Below, piece by piece: positions 1 through 13,038 of a stretch of 64,000 bases of DNA (within the stretch, counting starts at the first letter, position 1; every line of letters begins with the position of its first letter). This stretch comes from the human T2T-CHM13v2.0 reference genome, Homo sapiens, in NCBI RefSeq assembly GCF_009914755.1, contig NC_060925.1, one strand, 5' to 3'. Made by a program: the position numbers and the translations under genes. The notes beneath the pieces were generated by a model. That model made no database searches and had not been told where the DNA came from. It was given only the letters and a program-made list of their open reading frames with translations.

Positions 1-502
1 TTCCAGGATATGAATAAATTTAGCAACACAAAGGAGGTCATTTAAAAATCTTTCCCTCAGATGCTCCACTTCCTCTTCCTTCTAGCTTTCTCCTCTTCTT
101 CACTAATTTGGCAACCTGCGAGGCTGCCCTTTTGATCACTGGCAGTTTAGAATAGTGATAAGTGGTTTTGGAAAATGTTATTGAAACTTTTATAGGAGAG
201 TGGTGGAAAGATGGAGATTTCTAGAAAACCCTTAATAGAAGAGATCCATTTTACTTAATTATTTATTTATTTTTAGTTTTAAAACATTATTTTATTTTGA
301 ATTAATTTTAGACTTTAAGAAATTGCAAAAATACTAGAAAGTGTTACTTTAATCCCTCACCCTGCTTCTGCTTATGTTGACTGTCTCTCATCATCTTAAT
401 ATGATTATCAAGAATAGGAAATTGATGTTGGTACAATATTTTTAACTAAGCTACAGACTGCATCTGATATTCACCAGTTTTCCTGCAGATATCATTTTTC
501 TG

Positions 503-588
503 CCATCCGAGTACTAACCAGACCCGACCCTGCTTAGCTTCCAAGATCAGACAAGATTGGGTGTGTTCAGGGTGGTATGGCTAGAGAC
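503..588 (-). pseudogene. RNA5SP: 3'-truncated (tailless) 5S rRNA retropseudogene, nt 1-86
   Basis: Reverse complement gtctctagccataccaccctgaacacacccaatcttgtctgatcttggaagctaagcagggtcgggtctggttagtactcggatgg matches 5S rRNA nt 1-86 with 10 mismatches, mostly CpG decay. Flanked by TSD atatcatttttctg (489-502 / 593-606). No poly(A). Confidence 0.95.
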
Positions 589-734
589 CCAAATATCATT
601 TTTCTGTCTCAGGAGCCTATCCAGGACCCCACATTGTATTGAGTTGTATTTCTCCCTAGTTGACTCCAATCTGTGACAGTTCCCTGGTCTTTCCTTGTCC
701 TTCATAACTTTGGCACTTTTCGAAGGATACTGAT

Positions 735-1405
735 TGTTACCAGTGGAAGGTATCCGAGTTACCAGCGGCAAATCCATACGGGTCTGCAGCAACCTCAATT
801 CTTGCCCCCTCAAAAGAAATAATTTGACTGAGGGGCATAAAGCAGAAAAAGAGATCAAGGCAACTTTCAGAGTAGGAGTGGGAGTTTATTTAAAAAGACT
901 TTAGAAAAGGAAAGAAAAGAAAGTACGCTTGGAAGAGACCCAAGTGGGCATGTGAAGGTCAATTGTAGTGTTTAACCTTGATCCTAGGACTTTATAGGCT
1001 GGCCTCTTTCCCATGATTCTTCCTTTAAAGGGGGCTGCCCTCATGCACAGTGCCCTCCTTACCCTTGGGAGTTGAGCATGTGCACTGTGTTTAGGAAGTT
1101 GTATGCATGCCCATTGGAGGCTTTCTTCCCTTTTCTCATGGCATGACCCTGGAAGGCCATACTCTGCCATTTTATCTCCTAATGCACATGTCTGGGAAGT
1201 TGTGTTTCCCTGGTACCTACATTAAGTTCACACTTTAGTGCAACAGGTGCAGACAATCAGGAAATGGCCTCTCCCTGGCGCTGGCTGCCAATTTATCACT
1301 TTTAGAGAGGCAATGTGATAATTGCCAAACCATCACCTGACATTTTTAGTGGGTGGGGGAAGAGCCCTCTCCTGCCCTGCTTATGCCTGTCTACCTATAA
1401 ATACA
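735..1405 (-). mobile_element. ERV1 solo LTR, MER50-like
   Basis: TG...CA ends, direct repeat ctgat at 730-734 and 1406-1410, and MER50-type terminus (rc gcagggcaggagagggc). Confidence 0.85.
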
Positions 1406-1626
1406 CTGATGAGTAATTTGGTAGAATGTCCTTCATTTTAGGTTTGTCTAACGTTTTGTCATGATTAGAGTGAGGTTATGCCATTTTGGCAAGAATACCA
1501 CAGAAATGATACTATATCCCTTTTCAGCACATCATGCCAAGGGATTCATGATGTTGATATGCCTTATTAATGGTGATATTTACTTTGAGCACTCCATTAG
1601 GTTAGTGTCTGCTGGTTTCTCCATTA

Positions 1627-2353
1627 TAAAACCACCTTTGCAAAAATTATAACAGTGAGAAAATTATGACAGTGAAAGAGATCTGATCTAACCAACCCCC
1701 ATCTTGCTTTTAACCTCCAAAATGCCTTACTCATTTCTGGGCTTAGGCCAAGTTAACTTTGGGAGAAGTTTAGTTTATAGTTTAACAGATTATATCCCTT
1801 CCTCAAAACTAAACCACCTTTGTGTAAAGCTGATGAAAGACCACCAGATTAGGAGGATGAAAGGAACCTGAATTCTGTTAACATGTAGATATAAATGATT
1901 ACCAGCCATTATTCCAGAGGTCACAAGATTTGCAACTTCCCAATTACTCCTGCAGATAACATCACTATTGTAGAACCTAAGATTGGCCTTTTGAGATGAC
2001 TTTTCAGATTTTTGTGTTTCTGAAAATGGATGGCTCCACCCAGACCCACCAACTGGTCCTGGCTCCACCCAGAAGTGGACTTAGCTTCTCATGAGGACCA
2101 TTTTCCACACCCCTATGATTGCACCCCCAACCAATCAGCAGCACCCATTCCCTAGCCACCCCCCACTCCTAAACTATCTTTGAAAAACCATAGTCTCCAA
2201 ATTTTCAGGGTGGCTGATTTGCATAATAATAAAACTCTAGTCTCCTGTTTATCCAGTTCTATATGTGTAAAACTTTCTTTATTGAAATTCCCCTGTCTTG
2301 ATAAATTGGCTCTCTCTGGAGAGCAGGCAGGAAGAACCCATTGGGTGGTTACA
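1627..2353 (+). mobile_element. ERV1 solo LTR, LTR8
   Basis: Begins (t)aaaaccacctttgcaaaaattataacagtgagaaaattatgacag, contains aataaa, ends gggtggttaca. 4-bp TSD atta/acta. Confidence 0.9.
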
Positions 2354-4270
2354 ACTATACAGTTACTGTATTTCTCTTTGTAGCTGATAAGTGTTTTGAG
2401 GGAGATACTTCGAGTTTATTCAAATCCTGTTTATTGTTCTTGATTTTTTTTTTCCATAAAGGATCAGATACCTGTGTGTTTTCTTATATCTGATTTCTTA
2501 CACAAAGAATCACATAACCCAAAATCACATCTTTTGGGTTTTGGGTTTTGTTGTTGTTTTTTTTCCGTTACTTAATATGTCATGGAAAGCACCCCATATC
2601 CACTCTAGACACTTTCCCCATTGTTTTATACATTTGCATAGTACTCCATGTTATTGTACCAGCTTATTCAAGCACTCTTCCATGATGGGCATTTAAGTTG
2701 TTTCCAGTGTCTTGCAATTATAAACAATACATAATGAGTAAGTTTATGCGTATGCATTTTTGTATTGTCAGAGATACATACCCTAGAAGTGGGATTGCTA
2801 GGTGAAAAGGGAAATGCATGTGTACTTTGGTTAGATATTGCCTAATATCCCTCCAAAAGGATTGTACCAATTTGCATTTCTAACAGGGAAAGTGCCCATT
2901 TCCCCATAGCTTCACCAACAAGCCTTAACAACAGAATGTATTCTCATATTTGTTTTATTTTTGCCAATTCAATAAATGAGAAAGGGATTTCCTTAATTAT
3001 CAGTGAGTTTAACCATTTTCTGCATGTTTAAAAGCCATTTTGAATCTTTGTCTTTTTTTTTCAAATGAAATTATCTGTTTATGCCTTTTCCTCATTTTTA
3101 CCTCAGGATTTTGTCCTTCAATTTTAAAGATTTTTTTATGTGTAAGGAATATTAGCCTTTTTTCTCTAGTTTATGTTACAAATATTTTCTCCCAATATGT
3201 TAGTTGTTCTTTGATTTTGTTTATGGTGGTTTTTGTCACACAAAAAATGCAGTCAAATTTATTAATCTTTTAAAAAATTGCCCCTGGATTTTAAATCATA
3301 GTTAGAAAGCCTTTCCTTACCAAGTCTAAATAATAATATAGCCATTTATTTCCTATACTATGTGGTTTTAGTTTTTATATTTACATCGCTAATCCACTTG
3401 GAGTTTATTCTGCTGCTATATGGTATGTTTTACCCTAGTGGTTTGAGATGCCACTTTTGTCATATACTAAATTTCCATATGTATTTTGGTCTAATTCTGG
3501 ACTATTCTCTTCCACTGGCTTGTCTATTTCTCTGTTTATGCTCCAGTACCACACTGTTTTAATTATCCAGGCTTTAGCAAATGTTTTAATTTCTGATAAG
3601 CCTAATCACCACAGCTTTTCTTTTTCAGTGTTTTTCTACCTCGTTCTTACATGTCATTTGTTTTCATATGAACTTTAGTATCAAAATCTCTAACTCCAGA
3701 AAATAGTCTATTCATATTTTGATGGAATTGTATTACATTTATAAATTAACTTGGGGGAAGTGGTATTTTCATAATGTTATAATTCTATCCAAGAACAGGG
3801 GGATGTCTTTCCTTTTATTCAAGTTTTTATTACTGTCTGTTAGGAGTGTTTTGATATTTTCCATGTATAGGTTTTCATACCTCAAGTTAAATTTATTCAT
3901 AAGTACTTACTATATTTTGATGCTATTTAAATGGTGTTTTTTCTACCATTATGTCCCGTTTATTGTTTGCTTATATGAAGTTATTGATTTTTATGTTGAT
4001 TTTACATCCTTCTTCAGTAAATTATTTTATTTTTTGAATTGGCTTTATTATTGATTCTCTGGGATTTTCCACATATATTATATCATCTGCAAATATAGAA
4101 TTTTACCACTCATTTAGTCACTCTTCTGCCTTTCATTGATTTCTCATATCTAATTGCACTGGCTAATATCTCTAACAGTAGCAGAGATAGTAGAAATTTA
4201 TGTATTGCTTCTGATGTTGATAGAAACATCTCTATTGTTTCTCCATTAAATAAGATAATGACTTCAGGAC

Positions 4271-4723
4271 TATGAACCCCCAAAATTTGAGACAGGTATC
4301 AGTTAATTTAGAAAGTTTATTTTGCCAAGATTGAGGATGTGCACCTGTGACACAGCCTCAGGAAGTCCTGATGACATGTGCCCAAGGTGGTCGGGGCCCA
4401 GCTTGGTTTTATACATTTTAAGGAGACATGTGACATCAATCAATATATGTAAGAAGTACATTGGTTCTGTCCAGAAAGAAGGGGACAACTCAAAGCAGGG
4501 AATAGGCTTCCAGGTCACAGGTAGATGTGAGACAAATGATTGAATTCTTTTTAGTTTCTGATAAGCCTTTCCAAAGGAGGCAATCAGAATATGCATCTAT
4601 CTCAGTGAGTAGAGGGATAACTTTAAATAAAGAATGGGAGGCACATTTGCCCTGAGCAGTTCCCAGGTTGAATTTTCCCTTTAGCTTAGTGATTCTGGGG
4701 GTCCGAGATATTTTCCTTTTATA
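4271..4723 (-). mobile_element. ERV1 solo LTR, MER4A/MER4A1
   Basis: tatgaacccccaaaatttgagacagg...gtttattttgccaag matches the MER4A end. Perfect TSD ggac (4267-4270 / 4724-4727). Confidence 0.9.
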
Positions 4724-4921
4724 GGACCAATTATCATGTTGAGCAAGTATCCATCATTTCCTACATATAGGAGTCGTTTTATGATAAGTATGTGTTAAAT
4801 TTTGTCAAATGCTTTCTCAGCATTTTCTTGGTCTATGGAGATGATTATATGTATTTTTTCCTTTAGACATTATTATGTGTAGTGGGATGAATAATGGCTA
4901 CCCATAGACATTGGGTTCTAA

Positions 4922-5298
<377 letters not shown>

Positions 5299-5521
5299 AA
5301 TTAAGGATCTTGAAATGAGAAAATTGTCCTGGATTATCTATGTGGGCCATGTAGGAGGATGATAGAGTGAGATTTGACAGACACATAGAGGAGAAAGTGG
5401 CATGAAGATGGAGACAGAGATTGTAGTGATGTAGACTCAAGCCAAGGAATGCTAGAAGCCACCAGAAGCTAGAAGAGGCTATCGTCCCGAGCCTATGGAG
5501 AGAGCATGGTCCTGTCAACAC

Positions 5522-5821
5522 TTTATTTATTTATTTAATTTGACAGAGTCTCCCTCTGTTACCCAGGCTGGGGAACACTGGTGGAATCACACTCTTTGCA
5601 GCCTCAACCTCCTGGGTTTAAGCAATCCTCCTACCTCAGCCCCCTGAATAGCTGGGACTGCAGAGGCATGTCACCATTCCTGGATAATTTTTAAAATTTT
5701 TTGTAGAGATGGGGTCTCACTATGTTGCTGAGGCTTGTCTTGAACTCTTGAACTCAAGTGTTCCTCCTGCCTCAGCCTGCAAAAGTGCTGGGATTAAAGG
5801 CATGAGCCACCATGCCCAGGC
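5522..5821 (-). mobile_element. AluJ
   Basis: Diverged dimeric Alu with J-type positions. TSD cctgtcaacac (5511-5521 / 5822-5832). Confidence 0.9.
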
Positions 5822-7587
5822 CCTGTCAACACCTTGATTTCAGACTTTTCGCCTCCAGAACTGTGACAAAATAAAATTTTGTTGTTTTAAACCACACTTG
5901 GTGGTAATTCATTACAGTGGCCATAGAAAACTAATACAGGTTTTGGTACTAGGAAGTGGGATGCTGCTGTAACAAATACCTAAAACGTGGAAATGGCTTT
6001 GAAATTGTTTAATAGAAAGAGGCTGAAAGTTTTCAGGTGCATGATAGAAAAAGCCTAAATTGTCTTAAAGAGACTGTTGTTAGAAATAGGAATGATAAAG
6101 CACACCAGCTGAGGACTCAGAAGAAAATGAAGAGCACATTATAGGATACTGGAGGACAGATGATCTTTGTCATACAGTAGCAGAAAAGTTAGCTGAATTG
6201 TTACCCATGGTTGTGTGCAAAAGAGAATTTGAAAGAAATGAACTTGGATATTTACCCGAGGAGATTTCCAAACAAGGTATTGAAGGTGTAGCCTGGTTTC
6301 TTCTTGTCGTTTATGGTAAAATGCCAGAGGAAAGAGAAAAATTGAGGAAAGAACTGTTAAACAAAAAGGTACCAGCACCTGATGATTTGGGAAATTCTCT
6401 GAATTGCAATCAAGATTGCAAATGATGCTAAAAGGGAGAAGTTCACTGTTAGGAAGTGTGATCTGGAGAGAAGGCCAAAGGTGTGGCTGGACAACCTCTT
6501 GCTAGTGTTGAAGAGATTTAGGTGTATGAGTTGTGGATTCACTCAAACATCTCAGCAGAATCCAGGAATAGAGATGGTATTATTCAGGAAAGTTCTGTGG
6601 AGGACCCTCTTGTTTCATGGTGGGAATGTCTATAATGCACGCAGGAAACCCACATGGTTTTTGAGAATATTATAGCAGTAGAAGCACTCCCAGCTTGGAC
6701 TACAAATGACAAGGACAGAAGAAAATTAAAGAAGGTTGTTGGACTCAAAATATTATATGGGCAGGAAACAAGCTGATAAAACTACCGAGGTGCAAGCATA
6801 TGCTAACTCTCAAGAAAAAGGATGACTCTGAAGCTGGATCTACAGGCACAGTGGCTGCATCCATGGGTGTAGAGGGCAGAGCAGTGGGTGCAAAGGGTAT
6901 GTCCTTGGGCCACAAAGGATGATTATCCTCAATCCTTAAAACCTAAGAGATTTCTTCCTGCTGTACTTCAAAATTGCTTTGGAGTTGTGACCACTTTCTT
7001 TCTTCTATTTTCTCTCTTTTTGAATAAGAATGTCTATATTATCTTATGCCTACTCCACCATTGTATTCGAAAGCAGATAAGTTGTTTTATAGTTTCATGA
7101 TAGAGAGGAATTTTGTCCCAGATAGATTATACCCAGAGTCTCACATATACCTGATTTAGACAATGAGATTTGTAACTTTGGAGCTGATGACATTTAGATG
7201 ACATTTTGGACTCAAGTTGAGGTGGTGATGGGTTGAGAGCTTTGTGGACTTTAGGATGGGGATAAATGTATTTTGCATGTGAAAATATTTGTGTATTTTC
7301 CAGAGAATGGAATGTGGTAGGCTGATAATGGCCCCAAAGATAGGTCTACCTTGTTACTCTTTGAAACCCACAAGCATTGCTTTCTTTGGACAAAAAGGGT
7401 CCTTGAAGATGTGATTAAGTTATGGATTTTGAGATGGATTATCCTGAATTATCTGGGTGGGACCTGAGTGCCATCACAAATGTATTTCTAAGAGATGGCA
7501 GAAAAAGACTGGACACATACATAGAGGAGAAGGTAATATGAAGATGGGGTCAGAGATTGGAGTGAAATGGCCATGAGCTGAGCAATG

Positions 7588-8020
7588 TGTCTTGGTCTAT
7601 CTTGCATTGCTATTACAGAATATTTGAGACTGGATCATCTATAAAGAAAAGAGGTGTCTTTAGCTCATGATTCTGGTGGCTAGAAAGTCCAAGAGCATGG
7701 CACCTGTATCTGCTCAGCTTCTGGTGAGGGCAGTGAGCTTCATCAAGACATGGTGGAGAAACAGAAAGTAAGCAGGCACATCAAGGAAAGACCAAACAGA
7801 AAGAAGACTCTCACTTTATAACAACCCACTCTCTGGGGAATGAATCCATTCCCATGAGAGTGATAACTCATTTCTGCAAGATGGTATTAATTCATTCATG
7901 AGAGATCTGCCCCCTTGACCCAAACATCTCCCACTAGGCTCTACTTCCCAATACTGTCTCACTGGCAATTAAACTCTAACTTGAGTTTTGGTGGACACAA
8001 AACACATCCAAACCAAAGAA
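7588..8020 (-). mobile_element. MST-family solo LTR (MSTB/MSTC-like) inside the 3' MLT1 LTR
   Basis: tgtcttggtc...gagactggat...aaagaaaagagg...ccccttgacccaaacatctcccactagg...caaacc. Confidence 0.8.
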
Positions 8021-8235
8021 GAAGGTGAAAGAATATGATAGGCACCAGAAACTAGAAGAGGTAATAAACAGATTCTGTCCTATCGCTTCCAGAGGGAGCA
8101 TGGCCTTGCTGGCACCTTGATTTTGTATTTCTGGCCTCCAAAACTGTGAGAGAACACATTTCTGTTATTTTAAGCCACCAAGTTTGTGGTAATTTATTAT
8201 TGGCCATAAGAAACTAATATATAATGATATATGAT

Positions 8236-8280
8236 ATTAATGGATCACCTATTAATGGGTCACCTAATAATAGATCACCT
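8236..8280. repeat. 3 x 15-bp tandem repeat
   Basis: attaatggatcacct attaatgggtcacct aataatagatcacct. Confidence 0.85.
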
Positions 8281-9427
8281 AATCACACTTGCATTCCTGG
8301 CATAATTCTCACTGTATCATGTGTATTTTTATCTTAATGTGTGTTGGATTATATTTGCTAACATTTTGTTTATAATTTTTGCATTGATATTTATGAGTGA
8401 TGTTCTGTAGTATTATTTCTTGATATTTTCTTTATCTGTTTAGGTGTGAGCATTATAGTTGTTTCATAAAAAGGATTAGGAAGTTTTCCTTTATTCTGAA
8501 TGCTTTGGAGCAATTTATACAGCATTGGAACTAGCTGGTATTTAAAGGTTTGGTAGAATTCTCTTGTGAAATCATCTGTGCCTAGTGATGTTTTTGTAGG
8601 GGGAGTTTCTTAATAACTTTTTCTATTTCTTAGATGGAAATTTATCTGATTTGTAACCCTAATGAGATCAATATGTATTTTTCTAGAAAATTATCTACTT
8701 TAACTAGGTTTTTGAATGTATTTGCATGGAAGTCTGCAAATTAGACTCTTATGATTTTAAGAATTTGTTCTCTTTCAATGCTGTTTTCCTCTTTTCATAT
8801 CTTATTTTATATATGTGTACATTTTCCCCTTTTTGGGTCAAGTTAGCTAATGGTTTACTTATTTTGTTAACTTTTTCACAAAATCAGGATTTTGATCTTT
8901 TAAAATCTACTTAATACCTATACAGCAATATAGGCATATCGACTTTTTTCCCTTCTCCTATAATATTTGTACTTTATCACAATACACAATAGCTGTATTT
9001 TAGTCTTTCACCTCAGTTCCAATCTTTTAGTATTATACATACACGTATATATATTTAAGTGCTCACTATCAGTCCTTTAGTTGATGTTTTGCCAGGTATC
9101 ATTTAGTTGAGTGAAACTCATTTTTAGTAGATTCTTCAAGAACAGTTTATTGGTATATAATTCCATAAATTCCTATATATTGAAAATTGTTATTTGATAC
9201 TCGAAGCATAGCTTGGCTGCATGTAAACTCCTTTGCTCACAACTTCTTTCATTGAGTTTTTTAAAAATGTTATTCTATTGTTGCCTTCTTTGTATGTTTG
9301 TTTTAAAAACTCTGTTGCTAATTGAATTTGTTTGCCAACACAAATTATTTGTTCTTTTTGCCTGGAGGTATTGAGGATTTTATCTTTGTTTTTGAAATTT
9401 AGTAGTTTTACCAGGATATGTATCAGT

Positions 9428-9469
9428 TTTGATCATTCTAGGTTAATATTTGATCATTCTAGGTTAATA
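9428..9469. repeat. Perfect 2 x 21-bp tandem duplication
   Basis: tttgatcattctaggttaata repeated twice. Confidence 0.9.
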
Positions 9470-10249
9470 TTTCCAGGTATCAACTGAGGCTTTTCAAATA
9501 TAGACTCAGGCCTTTTCAATTGCTTGGATTACAATTTTAAAGAGTAGCTGGTTTGTTTTTTTTTTTCCTTCTTTAAGGAATGCAATAATACGAATTTTTC
9601 TGCTTTGCTTGTCTTCTATTTCCACCATTTTTTCTCTGGTCCTCTTTATATCTTCCTTTATGTTATTTTCATTTTCTTGGTTGTTTCCTGGCCTTTCTTC
9701 AACGTTCCTTATTAGATTTCCTTTTGAGTCAGTTTTCCCTTGGGTATGTTGTAATTTCTCCTTTATTTCTGAGGTAATATTGTCTTTTCCTTTGCCTTCT
9801 TTCCTGAGTTGTTTTTTTTTTTTCATTCCTCCCTGCTTTTTGTCCATTTCTGTTCTTAGTATTTGAATTTCTAATTTGAGGTGGTTTTTCATATCCACAA
9901 ATGCTTGTTAGGATATATATAATTCAGTTTGGAGTATAAACTTAAAATTTTCTTCTACTTCATGTTAAATTTTCCTCAGGTGATTTGTGTGAAAATTCAT
10001 TTTGCAATTGTCCTTTTTGGATTTTACTTTTCTGTTATTCAAAAACACATTGTCATATTGGAGTATTTTACATGATCTTGGTTAAATGGCACCCTTTTCT
10101 GTTAGTCTAGTGAAATTCTGGTACTTTAGCAGGTTTTCGTTTGTTTTGGTGGTAGTGGAGGAATTGTGAGTCCTCCAATTTTGTTGATCTATTTTTTTCT
10201 TACAAGAATCTACATTTTTCATTTTGTTCTGCTTTACTAACCAATTTCT

Positions 10250-11150
10250 AAAGGGCCAAAATGTATATGAACAGGTGCTCAAAATGACTAATCAGAAGGG
10301 AAATGCAAATTAAAACCACTATGAGATAATCACCTCACATCCATAAGGATGGTGGCTACTATCACAAAGAGAACAGATAACAAATGTTGGTGAGCATGTG
10401 GAGAAAAGAAAACCCCAGTACACTGTTGGTGGGAATGTAGATTGGTACAGCCATTTCAGTATGGAGGTTTCTAGAGAAGTTAAATATAGAACTGCCATAT
10501 GACACAGCAATCACTTTTCTGGGTATATACCCAAAAGAGATGAAATCATTGCCTCATAAAGATATCTTCACTCCCATGTTTATTGCAGCATTATTCACAA
10601 TAGCCAAGATATGGAAACAACCTAAATGCCCATCAAAGGATGAATGGATAAAGAAAATGTGATATATATGTGATAAAATATTATATTGCTTTAAAAAAGG
10701 AGCTATTGCCATTTGCCAAAACATGGATGGAATTGAAGGACACTATGCTAAGTGAAATAAGGCAGACACAGAAAGAAAAATGTTGCATGATCTCACTTAA
10801 ATGTGGAATATATATTAAAAAGCACACACAAAGATAGAGGATAAAATGGTGGTCACTACTCGTGGAGGGGGAGAGGAAATGGGGAGATGTAGGTCAAAGG
10901 ACACAAAGTAGCAGATATGCAGGATGAACCAGTCTAGAGTTCTAATGCGCAACATAAGGTCTAAAGTTAATAAAATTGTGCCATATTAGGGATTTTTGTT
11001 AAATATATTTTAGCTGCTCCTATAATGCGCAAAAAAGTAACTATGTAAGATGATGGATGTGTTAATCTACTTCACTATAGTAACCATTGTACGTCTATAT
11101 GTATCCTGTAACATCATGTGGGTAAATCTCAAACATAAACAATAAAACTT
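10250..11150 (+). mobile_element. L1MA (L1MA6-9-like) 3' fragment
   Basis: ORF2 C-terminal sequence (atggaaacaacctaaatgcccatc) plus an L1MA 3' UTR ending caataaaa. Confidence 0.85.
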
Positions 11151-11719
11151 ACTTTTTTTTTTTTTAAAGGATACCTCTTTCTCCTTTTTCTTTTTTTCCT
11201 TTCTCCATGTCACAGAAGCTATGTGTTTGGAGAACTGTCCCTTTAAATCATGCTTACTCAATTCAAAAGGGTACTGTCTGTCCCTTTTAATTGTGTGCCT
11301 GGCCCTTTAAGTAGCTGCCTGCCCTTTAAAAAGCACACACTTTGAAATTCTATTCCTGAAGTCCTGCTCTATGTAAGCTTTCTGGTGCCCTCTCCAACTC
11401 TCTCTAAAGTCCTCTTGCCTGTGTACCTCCTCTGTCTTCCTAGCAATTTTTATTGGTGGGCCTCTGCTTGCAGCAAAGCTCTATAAGTGGAGAAAGGGAG
11501 GATTTGTTTCTTTTTCCTTTTTACTCACTTAAAAAAATACACTTGGCATTCTCTCCAAGCAATATTGAGAGTGTGGTTTTGCATAGTACTTTCATAGTTC
11601 TGACGCAATTTTGTATCGTTTGGTAGGGTGCAGTGGGACTGGGGAGGGGGGCTGCGGGTTGGGAGGTTACTTACTACACACCTGTTACTGTCTTCAGCTA
11701 CTTGAAAGTCTCCAAAGAA

Positions 11720-12320
11720 TGCATGTTCATATGTTAAAAGAGCAATCTCATCCATTGCAATGGCTTTACTTATCAATTATATGACTGATGGTTTTCATCT
11801 ATGGATTTTAAACCCAAACTTTTTTGTGACCCTCAGATCCGTATATCCAACTATAATCACACAATCTCAAGCTCACCATGTTCAGAATTCAACATTTTTC
11901 TTTCCCCAGAAGCCTGATCTGCCCTTTCCCCTCTCACACATTCTGTTTCTTGCTGATAAGTTGCATGTACCACTCAGGGACACAAGTCAGGAATTTGGGA
12001 GTCATCTATAGTCATCTATCTCTCTCACCCATACATCTAATTGGTACTTAATAAATGGTATTGGATAAACGTCCTTATAATTTCTGGAAGAAGATGAAAA
12101 AGAAACAAATTTCTCTCCCTTGACATCACCTGGCCTAAGGTTGGATGAGGTGTTCTTTGCTACTCAGATGTAAATCTTGCTAGTGATGGAAGTAACAGCA
12201 CAGAATGCTTATAATTTAAAAAGGCATTTATAGGAACGATAAACTTCTTATTAGAGTCTAAGATCTTGGAGGCAGGTACTATATCTTATTCACTTGATAA
12301 TCTTTCACAAGTGACAGAAA
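11720..12320 (+). mobile_element. Degraded L2 fragments
   Basis: atctcaagctcaccatgttcag...aggaatttgggagtcatc resembles L2. Confidence 0.5.
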
Positions 12321-12525
12321 GCCTAATAAAGGTCAGTAAGGATATTTTAACTAAATCAATGATAAAATGAATGAATGACTATCACCTGTGAAAAAGAAAA
12401 AGAAAAAAGTGATCAGAAAGGTCATTGAACGGAAGCAAAGCAACTCAAAATCCTATAAGCATTAAGAATGCTACGAAAGTGAATGATGTGGCCACTCAGG
12501 AACTTGGGTAAACCGGGAGATCTAA

Positions 12526-13038
12526 AGGGGGCTTCCTACTCATTTTTCATGCATGCACCTGGTGAAGCCTGTGGACCCTCCTCAAAATAATGCTTTAAAA
12601 TGCATAACACAAAATACATGTAATTACAAAGGAAACCAATTACACTTAAATATAGTTATCAAAGCATTAAAAAACACGAAAATGGGTGATGTAGTAATAT
12701 ATGTGCTTCCTTATTAATGCATTAAATAACAAGATATAGCAGACTAATAACTACCATATTTTCAAGTAGCCATGAATATAAGCAATTTTTCAAGACAGCT
12801 GAAAGCACTGTAATATGATACAAAAATATTTGTGATTTCTGTTGGTGATACAGTTAAGGCACTGCTAATACCATAGTAGTTTCTTGCCTATATTCATAAT
12901 TGAATAAAATGCTAAATTCCAATTAGACATTGGTAAAAATAAAGATGCGATATATTTTTTCCCATTCAAGTTCATAGCCATCTAAATTCTATCCATTCAT
13001 TTCCATTCATCCTTAAACTCCAGGTTAACAATCGCTGG
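12526..13038. mobile_element. hAT-Charlie non-autonomous element (MER119-like)
   Basis: ggtgaagcctgtggaccc...aaaggaaaccaatt...ccaggttaacaatcgctg. Confidence 0.7.

Larger units (their letters stand above)
280..4877 (-). mobile_element. Ancient L1 (L1MC/L1ME-type) 3' part, interrupted by the 5S pseudogene, MER50, LTR8 and MER4A
   Basis: T-rich antisense L1 sequence starting with a typical old-L1 3' end (ttttattttgaattaattttagac...aaattgcaaaaat). It reads continuously across each insertion once the TSDs are removed. Confidence 0.7.
8222..10240 (-). mobile_element. Ancient L1M, continuation including an ORF1 remnant
   Basis: ORF 9506-9898(-) is a coiled coil followed by IEDKQSRKIRIIAFLKEG, resembling the L1 ORF1p RRxNIRIIGVPE motif. 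Confidence 0.7.

Noticed and set aside
8236-9469. Short direct repeats as a CRISPR-like array
   Set aside because: They are head-to-tail duplications without spacers inside a mammalian L1.
9506-9898. 130-aa coiled-coil ORF as a novel or domesticated gene
   Set aside because: It is explained as a decayed L1 ORF1p fragment; the frame ends shortly after the conserved motif.
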